Origin: Candidatus Thorarchaeota archaeon
GTDB taxonomy: Archaea; Asgardarchaeota; Thorarchaeia; Thorarchaeales; Thorarchaeaceae
Length of the DNA stretch: 38,671 bases
Direction of reading: 5' to 3'
Assembly: GCA_029858305.1 (NCBI GenBank)
Contig: JAOUFI010000016.1
Span: 1 to 38,671 of the forward strand
The position numbers were made by a program, and so were the translations under genes. Below are positions 30,186-38,000 of this stretch, in pieces. The stretch's first letter is position 1. The number at the start of each line of letters is the position of its first letter. The notes below the pieces were generated by a model, which saw only the letters and a list, made by a program, of their open reading frames with translations, made no database searches and had not been told where the DNA came from.

Positions 30186-30734
30186 CTATATTTGCTTCTG
30201 CTCGCGGTTTACTACAAGAACCTCAGCAAGCTCCTCGAAAATATCGATGATTCCCTCTCCAGTCTTTGCACTACTCTCAATATAGGGCATATCATGATTG
30301 TCCGCAAATTCACGGCCTTCGGATGGTTCAACCACACGGTCAGGAAGATCTGTTTTGTTTGCTACCAGAATCAGTGGGATGGTCTTCCCAAGCGCTTTAT
30401 GGAGCTCCTCGAGCCATTCCTCAAGCACGATGAAGGTTCTGCGTCTTGTTACGTCATAGACCAGCAGGCCCCCACTTGAACCTCTATAATACATTGGTCT
30501 CAGAATCTGGAACCGCGACTGGCCTGCGACATCCCAAATCTGCAGCTTCACTGTGACCTTCTCGTGCTCAGACTTGACAATGTCGACATTCTTTACAGCG
30601 AACTGGGACCCGATGGTTGTCTTGTAATCCGTCCTGAAGAATCCGTGGGAGAAACGAGTAACGATGGCAGTCTTGCCTACTGCGCCTTCTCCCAAAATTA
30701 CGATTTTAAAAAGGTAGTCATAGGCACTGCTCAT
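30186..30734 (-). CDS. Rab-like small GTPase (Ras superfamily)
   Basis: G1 GEGAVGKT, G2 TIG, G3 WDVAGQ, G4 NKTD, G5 SAK; RabF-like KLQIW, YYRG, LVYDVT; N-terminal YDYLFK. Confidence 0.95.
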   Translation of the reverse strand: MSSAYDYLFKIVILGEGAVGKTAIVTRFSHGFFRTDYKTTIGSQFAVKNVDIVKSEHEKVTVKLQIWDVAGQSRFQILRPMYYRGSSGGLLVYDVTRRRTFIVLEEWLEELHKALGKTIPLILVANKTDLPDRVVEPSEGREFADNHDMPYIESSAKTGEGIIDIFEELAEVLVVNREQKQI

Positions 30735-30889
30735 GTATCAGTCCTCCAACTGTAAAGATGACTGGGGATATCATACGTGACTACGATATTGACATATGAA
30801 GAGTCTTTGTGTGTATTCATGAAGATCCCCATGTTGTCTGTAGGCATCAAGAATGCCTGCGCAATCGGAGGGTAAATGACTGATGGCAC

Positions 30890-30943
30890 TAATAAGGTTT
30901 CGCGATGTGTTGCGTGATACGAACCAAACATGACAAGCCATCA
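30890..30943. repeat. 54-bp direct repeat, copy 1
   Basis: taataaggtttcgcgatgtgttgcgtgatacgaaccaaacatgacaagccatca, 50/54 identical to 33844-33897. Confidence 0.9.
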
Positions 30944-31058
30944 GGCATGCATCATTGGGAGTCCAAATAGCTTAAGATTCAAAATCCACGAGACCAATAC
31001 TAAATTATATAGCTATAACATAAATTCATTGAATTCTAGTGAATTGTGGGGAAGTCTG

Positions 31059-31268
31059 ATGCCCGGTCCACTCACCAAGAGATTAGCAATTCTCTTCACA
31101 TGTGTAGGTGGGATTTTAGTTCTCGGGGGGATTACATATCTGGTGTACTATCTAGTCAAAGGATCAGATGTTGGTGAGTACATCGAATTGCTAGGTTTTG
31201 GCGGTACTATGCTTATCATTGGACTGCTCCTGCTTTATTATGAATGCAAGACAGGTTGGAGGTGGTGA
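31059..31268 (+). CDS. Small two-helix membrane protein (69 aa)
   Basis: MPGPLTKR start at ATG 31059, two hydrophobic helices, AT-rich promoter-like sequence upstream. Confidence 0.6.
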   Translation: MPGPLTKRLAILFTCVGGILVLGGITYLVYYLVKGSDVGEYIELLGFGGTMLIIGLLLLYYECKTGWRW

Positions 31269-31609
31269 GGGTGAGTTGCCCTGTTATTTCCCCTGTGTTG
31301 GCAGTAGCCTAATCACTCATACAAGAACCAGCTTTTGTTGCGTGGTAGTAGTTGGATATTGATCGACCGTCAAGAATAGCTATGTAATGTTAATATATGA
31401 TAATATATTGGTTGTTTCTTAAAGCTCTTTGAAATGCCTGAAGATGGCCATTCTGAAGCATAGCCTGTTTTTTGTCTATTGTTAGCAAATCAATCTCCAT
31501 GCTTCAGTAGGTGCTATTGGGCAAGTGTAGTTCACTATGGTTACTCACAACTGATTTCTTTGACTATGTCCGGATGTCTGCAGGCGGCTTCTCTTCGTAT
31601 CTCTCCTCA

Positions 31610-31638
31610 CAGATGTTTACTTACAAGCAATACATCTG
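31610..31638. terminator. Imperfect hairpin downstream of the 31655 stop codon, possible terminator
   Basis: cagatgt...acatctg arms with additional inner pairing, 16 nt past the minus-strand stop. Confidence 0.25.
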
Positions 31639-31654
31639 ATTAACCAAGCGGGAT

Positions 31655-32632
31655 TCACAGGCCGTTTTCCCGCAGAGCTTGTTCAACAAGTTTCTGCATT
31701 GGGTATCTCTGCCAAACAATAGTACTTAGGAGAGAGTATCTATTTGCTGGTGCGGAGGCAAGACGACCACCTGTAATTTTTCCCATACACGCTAGCAGGT
31801 AGAGAAGTGAGGAGTTGCGTTCCACACGTGTGTCCCGTGGATATTTCTGAATGGCAGCCTCAATATACGTGAGTGCCCGATTATCACCAAGCTCGGCTAG
31901 ATGTTGCATTGATTGTTTCCAACTCTTGTATCCACCAACGCAAAACTTGAGTATATTCCATAGGAGCATCTTCAAGTAAGGCGAACAGCCTCGAAAGGCA
32001 AGGGACGAGAACTTAAGTTGCTTGGTCGTGAGGTCTGTGACAGACCCGATTTCCCCAAGAGTCTCAATGATCTTTTCTCGGAGTTCTGGTGGCACTCCGC
32101 TCTGATGGAACATCACACCGCCACTTGCGATGATTGAAAATCCATAGTATGTCGAGTAGACATCGGAGAGTGGGGGATGCGATTCAAGTTCTTGGACCTC
32201 ACTCATCCTTGCATTGAGAACGTCAGGTATGAAGGGTAGTAGGTCCTCCTTATGTTGCATGGCTTCAACATCTAGAAAGAACGTGACTCCGATTTTCAAT
32301 TGTTCCCTGAGAAGGTCCTTTGCATGCTCCCATGCGCCAATCCGAATTTCATCAAGAGCCGCACCCTTAAGGTCAGAGAAAGCCTCTAGATAATCAACAT
32401 CTAAACCGTACAATTCATTCAGATGAAGCAGATTAGCCAGACCATCATTAATGATGCCGTCCCTTAGAGGGTTTTTTCCATCCTCGAGGAGTTCCTTGAA
32501 TGTTTTTGCCTGCCTAAGAAGGCTTACAATGTATTTCCAGTCGTGCTCTTCTAGTAGTCTAGATACATACCTCTCTAGTGATGTATAATTCCTGAGTTCC
32601 ATCAGGTATGCAATAATCTTCTCCGGCTCCAT
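31655..32632 (-). CDS. Hypothetical alpha-helical protein, possible HEAT-like repeats
   Basis: Long ORF with IETLGEIG and HLAELGDNRALTYI segments resembling HEAT/PBS-lyase repeats. Start placed at ATG 32632. Confidence 0.65.
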   Translation of the reverse strand: MEPEKIIAYLMELRNYTSLERYVSRLLEEHDWKYIVSLLRQAKTFKELLEDGKNPLRDGIINDGLANLLHLNELYGLDVDYLEAFSDLKGAALDEIRIGAWEHAKDLLREQLKIGVTFFLDVEAMQHKEDLLPFIPDVLNARMSEVQELESHPPLSDVYSTYYGFSIIASGGVMFHQSGVPPELREKIIETLGEIGSVTDLTTKQLKFSSLAFRGCSPYLKMLLWNILKFCVGGYKSWKQSMQHLAELGDNRALTYIEAAIQKYPRDTRVERNSSLLYLLACMGKITGGRLASAPANRYSLLSTIVWQRYPMQKLVEQALRENGL

Positions 32633-33147
32633 TGCTATGCCTGTGGAATAGAGCAGTGAATTTAAGCCTCTTGATGAATTCAGTAGCCAACTTGCGCCAT
32701 ACATCGACTGTTGTTTTCAGTATGTTGAATCCTTAATCATCTGTTCTATGCAAATGCCCATGAAAGTAAGATACGAGTTTGGGAATGCCAGTTGCTTCAC
32801 TTGGAAGCAGATTGAGAAAAGAAAGAGGTAATTCATCCACATATTTGTGGAAATAACTGGTCATGGTGTAGTTGAAATTGTTAACCGATTCTGGTTCGCA
32901 ATAGTGAATCTTCATATGACTAACTGTTCAAAAACAAGGAAAAGAAAGATACCAACTCTGGTGCACTATAGTAAATATCACATGACTTTTTCTCACCCAA
33001 TCGCCTATCTTTCTATTGGCTATGATTTTCAATAGTATCAACCTAAATTCATCGACCTATCAGTTACGCGATATATTCAACAGACCAGTTGCCTCTCTCC
33101 ACCCTTGTGAATAAGCAACACGTGAAACATCAATCTCAGTTCACACG

Positions 33148-33777
33148 CTATAGATCAGAAACCTCTTGAATTGCGTGATCATTCGTGGAGTCAGGCGCAG
33201 CTTTCCAGTTCTGATAAAAAGCAAACAGAACCAAGGCTGCTGTCGAGAAACCAGCGAAAAGGTATAGCACATCTGCATGCTCTGCGATAAGCATCTCTAG
33301 AACAACGAAAGCAAACCCTGTGAGCGACATAAAAACAGAAAAGACTGCCAAGACCATCCAGAAGGTGGTTGCCTCATCCCTCGGACGAATTCCGATACCG
33401 TATCCCATCCCAATTCCAGCTATAGAACCTATATATGACGATGCTATTGCTGAATATTGATGGTTATTGAACGCGGTGGACACAAAGTAGTTCCAGTGGA
33501 TGAGATCAGACCCACTTAGACCCTGAATGGCAGGCCCCACCCAAAATGTCACGAGCTCGATGAATCTATAGATAGCAAGCCCGGAGATTGTTCCAGCAAA
33601 GATTGTCAAAATCCCCCCAATACTCCATGTGATATTGGCAGGTCTGCCTCGAGTAAGGTATGTTCCACAAAGACTGGCAATAATGAATGCAGCACCTAGT
33701 CCAAGAGCTAGACCATCTAGGAGTAATACTGAAACGATACTGGCCAAGAAACTCAACCACCAGTCAACAATCTCCAT
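33148..33777 (-). CDS. Hypothetical multi-pass membrane protein
   Basis: About 5-6 hydrophobic segments and a strong AGGAGGAG SD upstream of the ATG. Confidence 0.72.
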   Translation of the reverse strand: MEIVDWWLSFLASIVSVLLLDGLALGLGAAFIIASLCGTYLTRGRPANITWSIGGILTIFAGTISGLAIYRFIELVTFWVGPAIQGLSGSDLIHWNYFVSTAFNNHQYSAIASSYIGSIAGIGMGYGIGIRPRDEATTFWMVLAVFSVFMSLTGFAFVVLEMLIAEHADVLYLFAGFSTAALVLFAFYQNWKAAPDSTNDHAIQEVSDL

Positions 33778-33843
33778 ACTGGATTCTCCTCCTACTGATG
33801 AATACCGCTGAGCTTTATCTCAACCATTCATTTCTCGTGAGAA

Positions 33844-33897
33844 TAATAAGGTTTCGCGATATGTTGCGCGATACGATCCGAACATGACAAGCCATCA
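33844..33897. repeat. 54-bp direct repeat, copy 2
   Basis: taataaggtttcgcgatatgttgcgcgatacgatccgaacatgacaagccatca, 4 substitutions relative to copy 1. Confidence 0.9.
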
Positions 33898-33917
33898 TGG
33901 ACACAATGGAATAGATT

Positions 33918-33949
33918 AGAAAAAGTTGAAGCAGGGCCATGTGGCCCTG
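33918..33949 (-). terminator. Hairpin plus T-tract terminator for the fasciclin gene
   Basis: Inverted repeat cagggcca-tg-tggccctg (33932-33949) followed on the minus strand by CTTCAACTTTTTCT, 22 nt after the stop. Confidence 0.55.
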
Positions 33950-33971
33950 AGTGAGTGAATGAGCTGTAGAC

Positions 33972-34373
33972 CTACGCTGGCAGGATCACAGTATCAATCA
34001 CATGAATGACACCATTGCTGGCCTCGATATCGGCCTTCACAACATTAGCGTTGTTGACCTTTACGCCAGACTTAGTATCAATCTTGATGTCCTGTCCCTG
34101 GACTGTCTTAGCCTTTTTCAAGTTCATGACATCCTTGGACATGACCTTACCTGACACGACATGATAGGTCAGGATTGAAGTTAGCTTTGCTTTGTCTTTC
34201 AAGAGAGACTCTACGGTACCCTTTGGGAGTTTGGCAAATGCCTCATCAGTCGGTGCGAAGACTGTGAATGGACCCTTACCTTTTAGAGTTTCTACAAGAC
34301 CTGCTGCCTGCACGGCTGCAACAAGAGTCTTGAAGCTGCCTGCGGCTATAGCTGTTTCTACGATGTTTTTCAT
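33972..34373 (-). CDS. Single-domain fasciclin (FAS1) protein
   Basis: H1 [20 protein letters not shown] and H2 [15 protein letters not shown] 34373 follows GGTGA. Confidence 0.95.
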   Translation of the reverse strand: MKNIVETAIAAGSFKTLVAAVQAAGLVETLKGKGPFTVFAPTDEAFAKLPKGTVESLLKDKAKLTSILTYHVVSGKVMSKDVMNLKKAKTVQGQDIKIDTKSGVKVNNANVVKADIEASNGVIHVIDTVILPA

Positions 34374-34490
34374 AATAATCACCAAAAAGTTTGGTAAAAA
34401 GTTCTAGAATTAACAATAGTGAATTATTATATATATCTTGTGGCCGTGGCTATTTCGTGCTATCATTTGACAACTTGACTGACGAAATTG

Positions 34491-35291
34491 TCATGCATTG
34501 TCCTTTTGCTCGACCCGAGCGAGGTAGTCACGCAATAATCTGTTGAACTCAGCAGGCTGCTCAATCATAGGCGCATGATGAGCACCACGGACAATGGCAA
34601 GATTGGCGTTTGGGAGGCGATTCCTGAGGTTCTCTGCGACTTTTGGGTGTATGATATCATCATGCTCTCCCACGAGAACCAGTGCATCTTCTTTGATATT
34701 ATGAACCCTATCAGTGATGTTGAACTTATCACATGCCGCAAGGTCACGCTGAAGGACACCCGGATTTGCTCTCCGAATACGATCCTCAAGTTCCTTGACT
34801 TTGTATGTGTCAGTATAGTCCTCAAAGAACTGGCTCTTGAAGATGAATAACCGGTCTTCAATCGCCTCTTTGACTAGACCCAATGCTAACTTAGAGAGTT
34901 CAAGAACAGGCGCTGTATCTACGAGAACAAGAGCCTTCGGAGGAGTGAGAGAACTGTTTAGGCTATATGACATGGCAACACCGCCACCCATGGAATGCCC
35001 GACGAGTATGAAGTTATTCAATTCCAAATGCTCAACCAAAGCGGCAACTTCCAATGAGTACGTTTCATCTATGGACACTGCCCCCCCTATATCGTCTGAT
35101 TTACCATGTCCAGAGAGATCAATTGCGATCATTCTATTTGTAGAGGAAAGTTCCCTCAGTTGTAGAGCCCATGAGATGTGTGAGGATCCGGCACCATGAA
35201 CAAGAAGAAGAGGAGGTCTCTGCGTCGTCACTTCACGACTGCCTACATCAGCATAATGAATCTGTGCGCCTCTGTGGTGAAAATAAGGCAT
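34491..35291 (-). CDS. Alpha/beta-hydrolase
   Basis: HGAG oxyanion loop, DLSGHG, nucleophile elbow GHSMGG, Asp in GEHDDII and His in AHHAP. Confidence 0.92.
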   Translation of the reverse strand: MPYFHHRGAQIHYADVGSREVTTQRPPLLLVHGAGSSHISWALQLRELSSTNRMIAIDLSGHGKSDDIGGAVSIDETYSLEVAALVEHLELNNFILVGHSMGGGVAMSYSLNSSLTPPKALVLVDTAPVLELSKLALGLVKEAIEDRLFIFKSQFFEDYTDTYKVKELEDRIRRANPGVLQRDLAACDKFNITDRVHNIKEDALVLVGEHDDIIHPKVAENLRNRLPNANLAIVRGAHHAPMIEQPAEFNRLLRDYLARVEQKDNA

Positions 35292-35396
35292 AATATAATA
35301 GCTTAGACAAATGCATAAAAATACACTTTTTCAGCATTTTAGAATATTCAGGTATCTTTTTCTCTAGAGTGTACAGAGTGAACAGGAGTGAGCTCC

Positions 35397-36776
35397 ATGG
35401 CGGACAGACTCTTCGGAACAACTGGTGTACGGAAGATATATGGTAGCGAATTTGATCTTGAGATGGCACTCAACCTAGGAAAAGCACTTGGAACTTTATT
35501 GGGAGAGGGGACAGTTCTTGTTGCAAGGGATGCACGCACAACTGGACTGATGGTTGCAGATACACTCTCAGCAGGTCTGCTTTCGACAGGAGTCAATGTC
35601 ATCCAAGCTGGTATCATTCCAACGCCCACGCTAGCATTCATAACAATGCGTCGAGGATTAGATGCAGGCGTCATGGTGACCGCATCTCACAATCCACCAG
35701 AGTACACTGGAGTCAAGTTCTGGTCAAAGACCAGTATGGGATTTACATCAGAGGAGGAGCGGCAGCTTGAAGAGATCTATATGTCAAGGAGGTTTAAGGT
35801 CGCGCCTTGGGATAGGTTAGGCAACGAACTTACGACTGAGACTGCTGCTGATGAACACATTCAGGCAATCCTAGCGAATTGTGATACAGATTTGGTAAAG
35901 TCAAAGTCCTACACCGTGGTGGTCGATCCTGGCAATGGTGCAGCTTGCGTCTTGACCCCCTATCTCATGCAGAAGATCTCAGGGAAGGTCGTAACAATAA
36001 ATGGTCAGCTAGATGGACACTTTCCAGGAAGGAAATCGGAGCCAGAAGAGAGCTCTTTAGGTGATCTCATTCAGATGGTGAAAGATATTGGAGCTGACCT
36101 TGGTATAGCTCATGATGGAGACTCCGACAGAGTTGTATTCGTTACTGAGAAGGGAGAGGTAGTCAATGGAGATAGAACAATTGCCCTTCTTGCTGAAGAT
36201 TATCTACGAACCAATAAACAGGGCACCATAGTGACCACTGTGGACAGTTCACTTGTACTTGATGAAACTGTTCAGAAGAGAGGTGGAGAGGTAATTCGAA
36301 CACCTGTAGGTGATATTCAGGTTGCAATGAAAGTGAAAGAAACAGGTGCAGTCATGGGTGGCGAAGCCTGTGGTGTGTTCATCTTTCCAGAGTTCCAACT
36401 AGCTCCAGAACCATTTCTTGCAGCATGCAGGATTCTCGAGATGATGGCGAGAACAGGAAGGAGCTTTGGAGACTTGATTGGTGACATTCCTGTATATCCT
36501 CTGATAAAAGCCAAAGTGAGGTGTCCGAACGAGAAGAAGACACATGTTATGCAGGAGCTTACTAAGGTGCTTCCCAAGGCTTTAGAGAATGTCACCCAAA
36601 TTCTCACAGTAGATGGTATTGGTGTTATATTGAAAGAGGGGTGGATTCTTGTGAGACCATCAGGAACAGAACCCTTGATTAGAATCACGTGCGAAGGACC
36701 CACCCGGAAATTAGTTGAGAAAGTGCTGAGCACAGCACAACATGTTATTGAGAAAACCATCGATTCTACCTCATAA
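35397..36776 (+). CDS. glmM: Phosphohexomutase (phosphoglucosamine mutase / PMM-PGM family)
   Basis: LFGTTGVR, TASHNP, HDGDSDR and VRPSGTEP motifs. Exact sugar specificity cannot be determined from sequence. Confidence 0.85.
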   Translation: MADRLFGTTGVRKIYGSEFDLEMALNLGKALGTLLGEGTVLVARDARTTGLMVADTLSAGLLSTGVNVIQAGIIPTPTLAFITMRRGLDAGVMVTASHNPPEYTGVKFWSKTSMGFTSEEERQLEEIYMSRRFKVAPWDRLGNELTTETAADEHIQAILANCDTDLVKSKSYTVVVDPGNGAACVLTPYLMQKISGKVVTINGQLDGHFPGRKSEPEESSLGDLIQMVKDIGADLGIAHDGDSDRVVFVTEKGEVVNGDRTIALLAEDYLRTNKQGTIVTTVDSSLVLDETVQKRGGEVIRTPVGDIQVAMKVKETGAVMGGEACGVFIFPEFQLAPEPFLAACRILEMMARTGRSFGDLIGDIPVYPLIKAKVRCPNEKKTHVMQELTKVLPKALENVTQILTVDGIGVILKEGWILVRPSGTEPLIRITCEGPTRKLVEKVLSTAQHVIEKTIDSTS

Positions 36777-36850
36777 TATTAAAGCAAAAGTGCAGACAAG
36801 GTTTATAGCGAATCACACGACCATTTCAGATACTTGATGGAGCTAGACCA

Positions 36851-37240
36851 ATGAGCAAAGAAAAGAAGGAACTTGAAGATGCGGTGATGGAAGAATTCGA
36901 GTGGGCACTTCAGGATCCAAACACAGAGAAAATCCGCCAACTAGGCGAAGTCGTAAGTATCATTACCACCAAGCTCACTGAGGCGATTTCCAATCTTCAA
37001 GCGACAACAGTTCAGCTCCAGTCAGAAGTTAATGCCTTGGCCTCTAGACTTGATTCACTATCGAGTCGGATTGCTAGCGGTGCCACGGTCTCAGCAGGAG
37101 GTCCCTCAGCAGCTGGAGGAGAACCAATTCCAACCATGGCAAAGGCGCCGACAGCTCCCCCACCCGCACCAGGAGGAGGTATGAGTATGATGGGCGAACT
37201 CAAACAACTACTGGCTGCAAGAAGAAGAAAGACCGATTAG
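36851..37240 (+). CDS. Small coiled-coil / proline-rich protein with C-terminal Ena/VASP FAB- or WH2-like helix
   Basis: Leucine heptad L42-L49-L56-L63-L70, then APTAPPPAPGGG and MMGELKQLLAARRRKTD. GGAG SD and TTTATA upstream. Confidence 0.75.
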   Translation: MSKEKKELEDAVMEEFEWALQDPNTEKIRQLGEVVSIITTKLTEAISNLQATTVQLQSEVNALASRLDSLSSRIASGATVSAGGPSAAGGEPIPTMAKAPTAPPPAPGGGMSMMGELKQLLAARRRKTD

Positions 37241-37249
37241 TTCATTTTG

Positions 37250-37903
37250 TTACAAGAGACTCTCAACACTGTTTTCCTTATAGAATGGTCCAGCATGTTC
37301 AGGAAGAGTAATTGAAAAAGCCTCAGCACGATCACATTTTGCTTGTGCTCCACGAAGCCTAGTTCTGGCATCGTAGAGTTTCTCATAGAACAAGTCTGCT
37401 TTTTGAAGCTGAGACTTGTGTTCCTTAATCGCACCTAGTGCATACTTGTATGTTTTTGTGATGTCAACATATACGTGCGGTCGTGAGATCATAGTATTGA
37501 TCTCCATGTTGTAGATGCGTTCGACCCTATGTGCATCATCAAATAGAGTTGTGTGGGAAGCCCATTCGACTGCATCAAAGACTATCTGCGCGCATTGCTG
37601 ATGATTCACGTTGTAGTCCCCAGAGAAATGAGTTATCACAATCTTAGGACGTGATCTCAGAATAGCTCCTATGACTTCATTTCTGAGGCTCATGTCTATG
37701 GCAAAATCATCCCGGTCGCTTTGGAAAAGATTTCGTACTCCAAGATGGCAACAGGCAGCCTTCAACTCAGAGTTCCTAGTTTCATTACCGGTCATGCAGT
37801 GCACGTCAACAGGAATCCCAAGATCAGTATGTTTTCGTATCGTGCCACCAGCTCCAAGACTCTCATCGTCAGGGTGTGCCACTACGACTAGGATGGAACT
37901 CAT
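37250..37903 (-). CDS. PIG-L / LmbE-family de-N-acetylase (BshB-like)
   Basis: VVAHPDDESLGAGGTI, VDIT, HKSQ and AEAF motifs. Divergent from the bshA-like gene. Confidence 0.85.
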   Translation of the reverse strand: MSSILVVVAHPDDESLGAGGTIRKHTDLGIPVDVHCMTGNETRNSELKAACCHLGVRNLFQSDRDDFAIDMSLRNEVIGAILRSRPKIVITHFSGDYNVNHQQCAQIVFDAVEWASHTTLFDDAHRVERIYNMEINTMISRPHVYVDITKTYKYALGAIKEHKSQLQKADLFYEKLYDARTRLRGAQAKCDRAEAFSITLPEHAGPFYKENSVESLL

Positions 37904-38000
37904 AAGTTTCCGTACTTTTAGTATCTAATCAAGGTTTGGCATGATTTATTTCTTAGACCAAGTCCCTTAAAGGGGGACAGAACTAACTCAAGGAGCAGGT

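Noticed and set aside
30876-30948. Eukaryote-like SECIS element (stem begins ATGA)
   Set aside because: The 3' arm lacks the GA of the non-Watson-Crick quartet, and no adjacent same-strand gene has an in-frame TGA.
32705-33147. Short ORFs (32733-32915, 32847-33035) as genes or a zinc-finger pseudogene
   Set aside because: No SD, motif or coherent frame; cannot be supported without a homology search.
30890-33897. CRISPR array or tRNA-derived att site
   Set aside because: Only two copies 2.9 kb apart, with no spacer periodicity, no cloverleaf or T-loop/CCA end, and no cas genes.
643-37928. Many short ORFs antisense to or overlapping the main genes (e.g. 643-1017, 5562-6035, 14964-15401, 36317-36760)
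   Set aside because: They are shadow frames of well-supported genes, with no recognisable motifs.
37962-37978. GC hairpin gtccctt-aaa-gggggac between bshB-like and bshA-like genes
   Set aside because: Short and dependent on G:U pairs; a regulatory role cannot be supported from one sequence.
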